NCBI GenBank assembly: GCA_026712905.1
Contig: JAPOPM010000077.1
Span: forward strand, 1,413-65,412
Source of the DNA: Deltaproteobacteria bacterium
Lineage (GTDB): Bacteria; Desulfobacterota; Binatia; UBA9968; JAJDTQ01
Direction: 5' to 3'
DNA length: 64,000 nt
The position numbers and the translations under genes were made by a program. The notes beneath the pieces were generated by a model that made no database searches, was not told the DNA's origin, and saw only the letters and a program-made list of their open reading frames with translations. How positions within the stretch are numbered: position 1 is the stretch's first letter; each line of letters opens with the position of its first letter. Shown here piece by piece: positions 48,181-57,109 of the stretch.

Positions 48181-49431
48181 ATGCTGCGGAAACCCGACCC
48201 ATCCTGGATCGTCGCAGGCGCCGCCTCATTGACCTTCGGCTTCGTCCGCGGCCTGCACACGTCCTTCGCCGTCTTTTTCGTGGCGCTCCTCGATACGTTC
48301 CAGTGGAGCCGCGGGGTGACCGCCGGGCTTCAGTCCGCGAGCCTGATCATGGATGCCCTGGTGTCGCCCTTCATCGGACGGCTCACCGACCGCCTGGGGC
48401 CGCGGCGGGTCGTGGCCGCGGGCGGCGTCCTCCTGGCTGTGGGCCTGGTCCTCTGCAGCCAGGTGAGCACCCCCTGGGAGCTCTATCTCTACTTCGGGGT
48501 GGTGATGTCGCTGGGGTTCGCGGCCAGCGGCGTGGTGCCCCACGTGCTGGTGGTGGCGGACTGGTTTCCCACGCGCCGGGGACTGGTGCTGGGCATCGTC
48601 TACGGAGCCGTGGGAGTGGGAACCCTCATCCTTTCGCCCCTGAGCCAGTGGCTGATCTCCCTGTGGGGCTGGCCGCGGGTGTTCCAGGCGCTGGCGGCGG
48701 CCATCCTCATCGCCGTGGTGCCGCTGGTGTGGAGCACCTACCGCCCCAGCCCCCACGACGCGCATACGCCGGCGGGAAGCGGCGGCGGCACCCCGGCCGG
48801 CCAGTGGTCGGTGCGCCTGGCGTTGAGGAGCATCCAGTTCTGGAGCCTGTTCATCTCGCGGCTGTTGGGTTCCGTCGGCACGGTGCTGGTCATTACCCAT
48901 CAGGTCGCCCACGTGGTGGACATCGGGTATGGCCACATCTGGGCCGCCGGCGTCTTCGGCGTGATGGCGTTCGTCAGCGCCGCCGGCCGGGTGACCTTCG
49001 GCTACATCGCCGACGCCTTCACCAAGCGGGCGGCCTACACCCTCAACATCGTGTGCGCGGCGGTCGGCGTCACGGCCCTCACCCTGGCCACGGACACGGC
49101 GCAACCTTGGCTGCTTTACGTTTACGTCGGCGGCTTCGGCATCGCCTTCGGCTCCCGCGCCGTGATCCTCTCGGCGATCACCGCCGACATCTTCGCCGGC
49201 CGGGGCTTCGGCACCATCTTCGGCCTCTCGGTGGCGAGCGTGGGATTCGGCGGCGCCACCGGCGCGTGGCTGGGCGGTGCGCTGCACGATCTCACGGGCG
49301 ACTACGCCGCCTCGTTCAACGTCGCCAACGGGCTCCTGATCTCCTCGGTGGTGGCGGTCTGGATCACCGGCCTCGACTGGATGCGCCGTTTCGACCAGCG
49401 ACTGTGGGCGGACAGCCCCCCGGGCACCTGA
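48181..49431 (+). CDS. MFS transporter (paralog 2, distinct subfamily)
   Basis: ATG at 48181, 9 nt after the paralog-1 stop. About 12 TM helices. Confidence 0.75.
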   Translation: MLRKPDPSWIVAGAASLTFGFVRGLHTSFAVFFVALLDTFQWSRGVTAGLQSASLIMDALVSPFIGRLTDRLGPRRVVAAGGVLLAVGLVLCSQVSTPWELYLYFGVVMSLGFAASGVVPHVLVVADWFPTRRGLVLGIVYGAVGVGTLILSPLSQWLISLWGWPRVFQALAAAILIAVVPLVWSTYRPSPHDAHTPAGSGGGTPAGQWSVRLALRSIQFWSLFISRLLGSVGTVLVITHQVAHVVDIGYGHIWAAGVFGVMAFVSAAGRVTFGYIADAFTKRAAYTLNIVCAAVGVTALTLATDTAQPWLLYVYVGGFGIAFGSRAVILSAITADIFAGRGFGTIFGLSVASVGFGGATGAWLGGALHDLTGDYAASFNVANGLLISSVVAVWITGLDWMRRFDQRLWADSPPGT

Positions 49432-49578
49432 AGCGGTGATTGACTCCGGGGAGGCGATTGCCTAGTAAACTCCCTTGAGCCACCCGCGCCCGCGCCGGCC
49501 AATGCCGCATTGGCCACTGCCGCACCGGCCGCTGTCGCACCGGCCATTTCACGCACGCCGAGGAAAGATGCATGCACC

Positions 49579-50892
49579 GTGACCGCTGATTCCACGCATC
49601 CCGCCACGAAACCACGCCTCTTCTATGGCTGGTACATCGTCGGCGCCGGCTTCCTGGCCAACATCTCCTGTGCCTTCTTCCTCTCCAGCACCCTCAGCGT
49701 CTTCCTGAAGCCGATCACCACCGACCTCGGTGTCTCCCGGGGCATTTTCTCCCTCCTGCGTTCGGGCGAACACCTGCTGTACGCCGGCATGGCGCCGTGG
49801 ATCGGGGCCAAGCTCGACCAATACGGACCGCGGCGCATGATGGTCGCCGGCGCGATCCTCTCGGCCATCGGGTTTCTGCTGCTGGGGCAGGTGGGTTCCT
49901 TCTTTCAGTTCGCGTCGGTGCGCCTGACCCTGATGGCCGTGGGCCATGCGCTGGTGTGCTACTTCGTGGTGAACGTCACCGTGGCCCGGTGGTTCGTGCG
50001 CATGCGCGGACGAGCCCTGGCCATCTCCCACCTGGGGCACGGCATCGCCAAGATAGTCATCTCGGCGGTGGTGGGCTGGCTGCTGACGTTCATCGCGTGG
50101 CGCCAGGTATGGACCCTGTTCGGCGCGCTCGTGGTGGTGCTCGCGGTCATCCCGGTGGCGATCCTCATGCGCCGGAGCCCGGAGGACATGGGGCTTCATC
50201 CGGACGGCGCTCCCCCCCGGAAGGCCCCGGGGGCGGCGGGTCGTGTGCAGGAGCGGGCGGCCGGCACCGAGGACGGGCCGGAACCCGAAGTTCGCTGGAC
50301 GCGACGCGAGGTGCGGCGCACGTCCACCTTCTGGTTGATCATCCTGGCATTCGGCATGGTGGACATCGGCATCACCGGTCTCAACCTCCACGTCGTCTCC
50401 TACGTCTCGGACCTGGGATTCGGCGGCGTCCCGGCCGCCCTGACCATGACCGTAATCGCCGGGACGCAAGCGTCCTCCGGACTGCTGTGGGGCTTCGTCG
50501 GCGAGCGCGTCACCGTCCGCAAGGTCGTCTCGTTCCTGTTCCTGGTGGAGGCCGCCGGTCTGTACGTGGCGGCGAACGCGCAGGACCTCTCGACGATCTA
50601 CCTCGGGTTCTTCTTCTACGGATTGGGCCTCGGCGGCGCCCAGGTGCTGGAGGAGGTCATGTGGGCCAACTACTTCGGCCGGGTCTCGCTGGGCACGGTC
50701 CGCGGCGCCGCCCTGCAGATCATCCTGCTGTGCGGCGTCTGCGGCCCGCCGTTCTTCGGTTTCGTGAATGACTACACCGGCTCCTACACGATCTCGTTCT
50801 ACATGTTCATCGGCATGCTGCTGGTCTCGTCGGTGCTCACGCTGACGATACGGAGCCCGCGGCCGCCGGCTGGAGTCGAAGCGGCGGCGTGA
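49579..50892 (+). CDS. MFS transporter (paralog 3)
   Basis: GTG start 11 nt after a GAGGAAAG SD (ATG 49510 is the alternative). Same subfamily as paralogs 1 and 4. Confidence 0.7.
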   Translation: MTADSTHPATKPRLFYGWYIVGAGFLANISCAFFLSSTLSVFLKPITTDLGVSRGIFSLLRSGEHLLYAGMAPWIGAKLDQYGPRRMMVAGAILSAIGFLLLGQVGSFFQFASVRLTLMAVGHALVCYFVVNVTVARWFVRMRGRALAISHLGHGIAKIVISAVVGWLLTFIAWRQVWTLFGALVVVLAVIPVAILMRRSPEDMGLHPDGAPPRKAPGAAGRVQERAAGTEDGPEPEVRWTRREVRRTSTFWLIILAFGMVDIGITGLNLHVVSYVSDLGFGGVPAALTMTVIAGTQASSGLLWGFVGERVTVRKVVSFLFLVEAAGLYVAANAQDLSTIYLGFFFYGLGLGGAQVLEEVMWANYFGRVSLGTVRGAALQIILLCGVCGPPFFGFVNDYTGSYTISFYMFIGMLLVSSVLTLTIRSPRPPAGVEAAA

Positions 50893-52178
50893 GCATGCAG
50901 ACATCGGCCAGACCCAGGGTTTTCTACGGCTGGTACATCGTCGCCACCGGCTTTCTCGTGCAGGTGGCGTGCGCCTTCTACCTCTCCAGCACCCTGGGCG
51001 TCATGCTCAAGGCCATCACCGCCGAGATGCGGGTCTCCCGGGGCACGTTCTCGCTGATGCGCTCCGTCGAGCTGGTGGCCTACGCCGCGGTGACGCCGTG
51101 GATCGGCTCGTTGCTGGACCGCCACGGCGCGCGCCGTCTCATGGTCATCGGCTCGATCATCTCGGTGGCCGGCTTCGTGCTGCTGGGCTACGCCCGGAAC
51201 TTCTGGGAGTTCGCGGCCGTGCGCGTCGCCCTGGTGTCCATCGGTCACGCCTTCGTCTGCTATTTCGTGGTCAACGTCGCCATCTCCCGCTGGTTCATAC
51301 GCCGGCGCGGCCGGGCCCTGGCCATCGCCCACGTCGGCCAGGGCGTTTCCAAGACCACCATCGCCCTCGCCGTCGCCTACCTCATGACGGTCATCGGCTG
51401 GCGTTCGGTGTGGGTGCTTTTCGGCGGGCTCGTGGTGGTCCTCGCGCTGATCCCGGCGGCGCTGTGGATGCGCCGGAGCCCCGAGGACATGGGGCTGCGT
51501 CCCGACGGCGACCCCGACTATGCCGCGGCGCCGGACCGGGGCGCCTCACGGCCCCCTGGCCCGGCCCCCGAGGACGTCACCTGGACCCGCCGGGAAGCCC
51601 TGCACACGCCGACGTTCTGGCTCATCACCTTCATCTTCAGCACCGTCGACATCGGCATCGCCGGCTTCAACCTGCACGTGCTCGCCTACATCTCGGACCT
51701 GGGCCACTCCATGGTGGCGGCGGCATCGGTGGCCACGGTCATGGCCGCCACCCAACTTGGCTCCGGCCTCCTGTGGGGCTTCATCAGCGAGCGGGTCAGC
51801 GTGCGCCGGGCCACGGCGCTCATGTTCGTGGTCCAGGCCGTGGGCCTGGTGGTGGCCATGAACACCGGCGGCCTCATGTGGCTGTACGTCGCCTTCTTCC
51901 TCTACGGCTCCGGCCTCGGCGGCGCCCACGTGCTCCAGGAAGTCATGTGGGCCAACTACTTCGGACGCATCTCCCTCGGCACCGTCCGCGGCCTCAGCCT
52001 CCCCATCCTCCTCCTCTGCGCCGCCATCGGCGCCCCGTTCTTCGGCTACCTCTACGACTACACCGGCAACTACGACCTGTCGCTGGTCCTCTTCATCGCC
52101 GTGCAGGTCATCTGCGCCGGGGTGACGCTGCTGGTGCGAAGGCCGGTGAAGCCGGACTGGGCTCCGGCTGTTTCGTGA
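50889..52178 (+). CDS. MFS transporter (paralog 4)
   Basis: GTGA overlap with paralog 3. MSMQTSARPRVFYGWYIV... Confidence 0.75.
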   Translation: MSMQTSARPRVFYGWYIVATGFLVQVACAFYLSSTLGVMLKAITAEMRVSRGTFSLMRSVELVAYAAVTPWIGSLLDRHGARRLMVIGSIISVAGFVLLGYARNFWEFAAVRVALVSIGHAFVCYFVVNVAISRWFIRRRGRALAIAHVGQGVSKTTIALAVAYLMTVIGWRSVWVLFGGLVVVLALIPAALWMRRSPEDMGLRPDGDPDYAAAPDRGASRPPGPAPEDVTWTRREALHTPTFWLITFIFSTVDIGIAGFNLHVLAYISDLGHSMVAAASVATVMAATQLGSGLLWGFISERVSVRRATALMFVVQAVGLVVAMNTGGLMWLYVAFFLYGSGLGGAHVLQEVMWANYFGRISLGTVRGLSLPILLLCAAIGAPFFGYLYDYTGNYDLSLVLFIAVQVICAGVTLLVRRPVKPDWAPAVS

Positions 52179-52300
52179 ACCACGGTCCATCCATCTTCAG
52201 AAAAAACGCGATCTCTTCCTAAAGTCCGGTTTCCGCCCGGCGATTAAAACTGTGAGGGCGGAAACACCCGCTTTCAAAATTCCAGAAGGAGGAGTACAGA

Positions 52301-52786
52301 ATGGAAATGTTAGCCTATTCCGAAGAGAAACGGTCCGTCGTGATCCCATGGATCCTGGATCCCGAACACGACGGCCTCGACCTGGAGGTCGATGGGTGTG
52401 GGTGCGGCTGCGGCGACGGTGGATGTGGTTCGTGCGGGTGCTCGTGCACGTGTTCGTGCAGTTGTTCGTGTTCATGCGACAGCACCGGCGCCAATAGCGA
52501 TGATACCGGCGACCACGGGTCAGGGGACCACGACGATTCAGGGGCAGGGGATGACGACACGCCCGGCATAGGAAGCACCATAGCTGAGGTGGCCCTTCAA
52601 GGTGCATGCCTCGCGGCAGGTGGCGCCGCCACCGCCGTACTGGCCACGAGCACCGCCACCGTCACCACGGTTGCAACTGCCAATCCGCTTCTCGGGGCTG
52701 CTGCCGGAGGTGGTGTTGCGCTCACTGCAGGTACGGCGGTCGTCTCAACCTGTACGTCCATCGACCTCGACGGTGACGGAAAGTAA
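52301..52786 (+). CDS. Cys-rich protein or peptide precursor (CxC-repeat core: CGCGCGDGGCGSCGCSCTCSCSCSCSC); candidate RiPP (azole-type) precursor or metallothionein-like metal binder
   Basis: AAGGAGGAG SD 8 nt upstream of the ATG. 161 aa: leader-like N-terminus, a core of about 12 Cys in 28 aa, an Asp/His/Gly acidic stretch, and an Ala/Thr/Gly tail. The antisense frame is His-rich. Confidence 0.45.
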   Translation: MEMLAYSEEKRSVVIPWILDPEHDGLDLEVDGCGCGCGDGGCGSCGCSCTCSCSCSCSCDSTGANSDDTGDHGSGDHDDSGAGDDDTPGIGSTIAEVALQGACLAAGGAATAVLATSTATVTTVATANPLLGAAAGGGVALTAGTAVVSTCTSIDLDGDGK

Positions 52787-52890
52787 CCGTCCCTCTGCCA
52801 GATCAGTCATGATGGCTCGCCGTCAGTGGGCGCATGACTGATCTGGCCCTTCCAACCCATCAACACGGCCACTATGAAACAGAGGCATTC

Positions 52891-53265
52891 ATGACGATTC
52901 AACCGCTTGTGTTCACGGCTTGTTACCTGCTGGGCGCGCTGATCCTCGCCGCTCTCTTCCTGTTGGACGAGCTTTACCTCGATTCCTTTTTCTCGACTTG
53001 GCATGTTGAATTTGGTCTTGTTCCTATTCTTTGGTTTGCGTACGGCACAAAACTCAATTTCCCGGAGTCCATCTTCGGGTTACTCACGGCTCTTCTGATC
53101 TTCTTCCTGTCGGTTTATGTTTCTCTTCCCCTAGTCCTTCCTGATTTTGGGGATGATTCATGGCCAGAAACCACGCTTCATTCGATGATTCTCCTAACCG
53201 GTATGGCGATGACTCTTTTGCTATGTCGTCGCTTCAAATCGCGAGCAAAGGCGAAGTCGTCATGA
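52891..53265 (+). CDS. small polytopic membrane protein (3-4 TM), function unknown
   Basis: Start MTIQPLVF after GAGG. Strongly hydrophobic. Same strand as, and between, the Cys-rich ORF and the S9 peptidase. Confidence 0.4.
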   Translation: MTIQPLVFTACYLLGALILAALFLLDELYLDSFFSTWHVEFGLVPILWFAYGTKLNFPESIFGLLTALLIFFLSVYVSLPLVLPDFGDDSWPETTLHSMILLTGMAMTLLLCRRFKSRAKAKSS

Positions 53266-53318
53266 CCGAGCCGTCGTTCACTGGCTTCGACAGATCCCAT
53301 CGTAATTACATGGAGGGT

Positions 53319-55289
53319 ATGAAGATGGCGTCGGTATTCACGAAACACCTCCAACGTCTTTTCTATGTGATTTTTCCGCTTCTCGCGCTTTGCGGAAACG
53401 CCGACACGGCTGCCGATACGTCAACCCATTCATCCCCCCGCGCCACCCAACCTCCAATGCTTCTTGCCGCCGAAGAGTTCTACACTTACCGACCCCAACG
53501 CTGGGGACACCAATTGTCTCCCGACGGAGAACGACTGGCGTGGTTTGAACGAATCAACGGCGAACCCAAGCTACACATTCGCGTACTTGGCACCGGCCAC
53601 ACCTACTTCATGCGCCTGCTCAAACACGTTCCAGGGTTTCAGTGGGCTCTCGACAACAGACACGTGACTTTTCGCCGTGCCGTAGACAAACACTTTAACG
53701 TGCATCTTTTTGCGGCTGATACCGACTCGCCGCAAAGCGATGCTCGCGACATCACGCCGTTCGAGGGCGTCAATGTCGACTGGCATCTCGCCTTGCTGGA
53801 GACACCCGGGTCCGTATTGGTGCGGATGAACCGCCGACAACACGACATGTACGACCTCTACGAGATCAATATCGAAACCGGCCACTACGACCTGCGGGCC
53901 ACGAATCTCGGGGAGACGGCGTACTGGCTGATCAGTCGGACCGGCTCGGTGGTGGGGCGAGTGCAGTCAGTCGCAGACGGCGCTTGGAAGCTCCAGGCAA
54001 GCCCTGGAGACACCGGCTGGACGACCCTGCTGACCGGCACGTTCAGGGATACGATCATTCCCGTCCACAACCTGCCGGAAGACGGCGCTAGGGTACACAT
54101 GCTGACCAACGCCAACAGAGACAAACTTGCGGTCATCGAACTCAACCTGAACACTGGGGAACAGAAGGTAATATTCGAGGCGCCGGACGTGGACACGACG
54201 AAATTTTGGGCGGACGTCCGTCGCTACGAGGTGTCAAGTGTCCTGTACTTCGATCCCCTTCCGTCTTATTTTTTCTTCGACCGGGAGTTGCAAGAGGATT
54301 TCAGGCGGCTCTTGGGGACAGCCCCCGTTTTGCATAATTTCTCCAGTGGCAGTCTCGACCATACCCGGCTCATAGTCCATGCTGAATCCGACCGCCAGGG
54401 AACCGCCACCTACTTTGTAGATCGGTCAACGGGAGCTAAGGAGATCCTGGCCGAACACCCGCTACGCAAACACGCAGATATCCTCTCCGAAACACAACCC
54501 GTGCGTTTCCAGGCACGCGACGGACTCCCGATCACCGGCTACCTGACCCTCCCGAACGGCACCGACGGCAAGGGCCTGCCCATGGTCCTGAAGGTTCACG
54601 GCGGTCCCTGGCTGTCGGACTCCTGGGGGTTCGACCCCGAGACCCAGTTTCTCGCTAATCGCGGCTACGCTGTGCTGGAAGTGAACTTCAGAGGCTCAAC
54701 GGGTTTCGGCAAGAGTTTCCTGGAACGGGGACGCCGGCAATTCGGTAGGAAGATGCAGGAGGACCTGATCGATGCGGTGGACTGGGCCATCGCCAAGGGC
54801 CATGCCGATCCGGAACGGATCGCCATTTTCGGCCACAGCTATGGCGGCTACGCCACGCTGATGGCCATGGCGCAGACCCCCTACAAGTTTGCCGCGGGCA
54901 TCAGCGCCATGGCGCCCACGGACCTTACACTTCTGGTGGACAGCTCTCGCCGGAACCCTCGTCTCTCGGCTTGGTGGCTCCATTTCGCTGGCGACACGCA
55001 CAATGAGGCCGATTATCAAGAGCTCAAGCAGTACTCACCGGTCACCCACGCCCGGCGAATTCAACGTCCCCTGTTGCTGTTCCACGGCGCCAAGGACATG
55101 AGAATCCCGAAGGAACACTTCGACCGGCTCCTCGTGGAACTTCGGAAGGGAAGCGCGCCCCTCGATTACCTCGTTCTTCAAGACGAGCGGCACCACATAA
55201 GGAAGACGGCCAACAAGCTCAAGTACGCTCGGCGAGTCGAGCGGTTCCTCGCCCAACATCTGGGCGGTCGGGCGGCGCCCCTGGACTGA
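53319..55289 (+). CDS. secreted S9-family serine peptidase (prolyl oligopeptidase / dipeptidyl-aminopeptidase / acylaminoacyl-peptidase type)
   Basis: Signal peptide MKMASVFTKHLQRLFYVIFPLLALCGNA. Beta-propeller N-domain, catalytic GHSYGG nucleophile elbow and a C-terminal Asp/His. Confidence 0.85.
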   Translation: MKMASVFTKHLQRLFYVIFPLLALCGNADTAADTSTHSSPRATQPPMLLAAEEFYTYRPQRWGHQLSPDGERLAWFERINGEPKLHIRVLGTGHTYFMRLLKHVPGFQWALDNRHVTFRRAVDKHFNVHLFAADTDSPQSDARDITPFEGVNVDWHLALLETPGSVLVRMNRRQHDMYDLYEINIETGHYDLRATNLGETAYWLISRTGSVVGRVQSVADGAWKLQASPGDTGWTTLLTGTFRDTIIPVHNLPEDGARVHMLTNANRDKLAVIELNLNTGEQKVIFEAPDVDTTKFWADVRRYEVSSVLYFDPLPSYFFFDRELQEDFRRLLGTAPVLHNFSSGSLDHTRLIVHAESDRQGTATYFVDRSTGAKEILAEHPLRKHADILSETQPVRFQARDGLPITGYLTLPNGTDGKGLPMVLKVHGGPWLSDSWGFDPETQFLANRGYAVLEVNFRGSTGFGKSFLERGRRQFGRKMQEDLIDAVDWAIAKGHADPERIAIFGHSYGGYATLMAMAQTPYKFAAGISAMAPTDLTLLVDSSRRNPRLSAWWLHFAGDTHNEADYQELKQYSPVTHARRIQRPLLLFHGAKDMRIPKEHFDRLLVELRKGSAPLDYLVLQDERHHIRKTANKLKYARRVERFLAQHLGGRAAPLD

Positions 55290-55381
55290 TGGGCGAACGG
55301 GCCGAAACCGGCGACTGAATGACCCCGCTTGGCTCAAAGGAACGTCCGCAACACTCGCCGCCACAGAGGATCACAAACGCT

Positions 55382-55812
55382 CTACGGCCAGTAGGTCTTC
55401 CCCTTGCGGTCGGTGACGAACAGCTCGGAAGGAAGTTCGACGCCGATTCCCTGCCTGCGGGCGGCTTCGTAGAGGATGCGGGCGGTGGCGGCGAACTGGA
55501 TGCCCATGCCGGTGTTGTTCTTGAAGACGATGATCTCGTCGTCGTTCTCGCGGCCGCGGCACTGGCCGGTCAGCAGCTCGCCGGGTTCGTGCAGGTCCTC
55601 TTCCTTGATGAGGTCGCGCTCGATGCGGGGGAACAGCGCGGCCTGCTTGTCGAGGAAGACCTGCCTGCGGAAGCCCACCACGATGAGATCGGCGCGCTCG
55701 ATCACGGCGTCGTCCAACTCGTGGCGGGCGAGGTAGCTGTCGCCGCCCACGATGCTGTTGACGAAGGCGCCCTTGTCCAGCCACTCGCCGTTGATGACCG
55801 GGTCCACGGTGT
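55382..55812 (-). pseudogene. 3'-terminal fragment (about 143 codons) of an ornithine cyclodeaminase / mu-crystallin gene, duplicated from 57110-57541
   Basis: About 95% nucleotide identity to the 3' end of the intact gene, including the stop codon. Homology ends abruptly at 55812; the upstream in-frame extension runs antisense into the Sel1 gene. Confidence 0.6.
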
Positions 55813-55950
55813 TGTTCGTGCGGTTGTTCGTCGCTGACGCATTGGACACGGCTGCCGATACCGCAAGGGGAGTCGGTCGACAGTTTGCATCCCTCCCGCA
55901 GGAGGGATGCAAACACAATAGGCATTCACCGAATGTTCGGAAAACCGAGG

Positions 55951-57033
55951 ATGAGAAACGCCATGACCAAACACTTTCGCGTGAAGCATTCATCATCTGT
56001 GACTCTGGGGCTGGGGCTGCTCTGGATCGTCTTGGCCTCCAACTCCGCCGCCGGTCAAACAAGGACCCTACCCCAAGAGACACCGCTCAACGTATGTCTG
56101 GACAACAACAGCGACTGGAGCGCACGGGTAGACGCATGCCGCACAACCGCCGAACAGGGTTTGTCGGAAGCCCAGTACCGCCTCGGCGCCATGTACTTCA
56201 AGGGACGCGGCGTACGGCAGGATGCTGACCAAGCGAGACGTTGGTACCGACTTGCTGCGGAGCAAGGCCACCCGAAAGCACAGTACAATCTCGCGACCAT
56301 GCACGCGTTGGGCCAAGGCATTCCCAAGGACCTTGACACGGCGTTGCGCTGGTACCGATCCGCCGCCGAACAAGGGAATCCGGCCGCGCAGTACAACCTC
56401 GCGACCATGTACGATCGAGGACATGGACCGCAAAAGGATCATGCCGAAGCGCTGCGCTGGTACCACTCGGCAGCCGAACAAGGGTTTCCCTTGGCGCAGA
56501 CCCAACTCGGAACCATGTACCATGCGGGGCGCGGAGTGCCCCAGGACTACGCCGCGGCGCTACGCTGGTACCGCTCGGCAGCCGAACAAGGAGACGCGCG
56601 CGCGCAATACAACCTTGGAACGATGTATGATAAGGCGCACGGCGTGGCCCGAGACTACACCAAGGCCGTTCACTGGTTCCGCATAGCTGCGGAGCAACGA
56701 CACGTCGGCGCGCTATACAACCTCGGTTTGATGCATTCGAAGGGTCACGGGTTACCCGTGGACTATGTCAAGGCCGCCCAATGGTACCGTAAGGCCGCTG
56801 AAGAGGGATTCGCGCTAGCGCAGTTTCAACTTAGTCTTATGTACATTCAAGGACTCGGGGTTGGCCGAGATCTGGCGCTCGCGTACATGTGGCTCGACCT
56901 AGCGGCCGCCGGTGACACGCAGCCCTGGATGGCCGCGCGTGACAAATTAGTGAAGGAAATGGCACCTGAGCAGGTAGCAGAAGCGCGGCGAATGGCACGC
57001 GTATGGTTGACAAGGCGCCAGGGGAACGAATAA
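55951..57033 (+). CDS. Sel1-like repeat (SLR/TPR-family) protein, secreted
   Basis: Signal peptide, then about 9 tandem Sel1 repeats (AQYNLATMY..G.GV..D...A..WYR.AAEQG). Lower GC than flanks. Confidence 0.8.
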   Translation: MRNAMTKHFRVKHSSSVTLGLGLLWIVLASNSAAGQTRTLPQETPLNVCLDNNSDWSARVDACRTTAEQGLSEAQYRLGAMYFKGRGVRQDADQARRWYRLAAEQGHPKAQYNLATMHALGQGIPKDLDTALRWYRSAAEQGNPAAQYNLATMYDRGHGPQKDHAEALRWYHSAAEQGFPLAQTQLGTMYHAGRGVPQDYAAALRWYRSAAEQGDARAQYNLGTMYDKAHGVARDYTKAVHWFRIAAEQRHVGALYNLGLMHSKGHGLPVDYVKAAQWYRKAAEEGFALAQFQLSLMYIQGLGVGRDLALAYMWLDLAAAGDTQPWMAARDKLVKEMAPEQVAEARRMARVWLTRRQGNE

Positions 57034-57109
57034 TCGGTTCCAAGACGCGGCCAAGTACCGCTTCGGCCCTCGATGTTCGGCGTCCGAGCGACGGTTGGAA
57101 TTCCCCTGC

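Noticed and set aside
52315-52581. Antisense His-rich ORF (HEHEQLHEHVHEHPHEPHP) opposite the Cys-rich ORF, as the real gene
   Set aside because: Its initiation context is weak, whereas the + strand ORF has a textbook SD and is co-directional with the downstream membrane and peptidase genes. It is kept as an alternative in the finding rather than as a feature.
55382-56083. 233-aa chimeric ORF (unrelated N-terminus plus OCD C-terminus) as a functional gene
   Set aside because: Its 5' part is antisense to the Sel1-repeat gene and has no homology signal. It is interpreted as a truncated duplicate (pseudogene).
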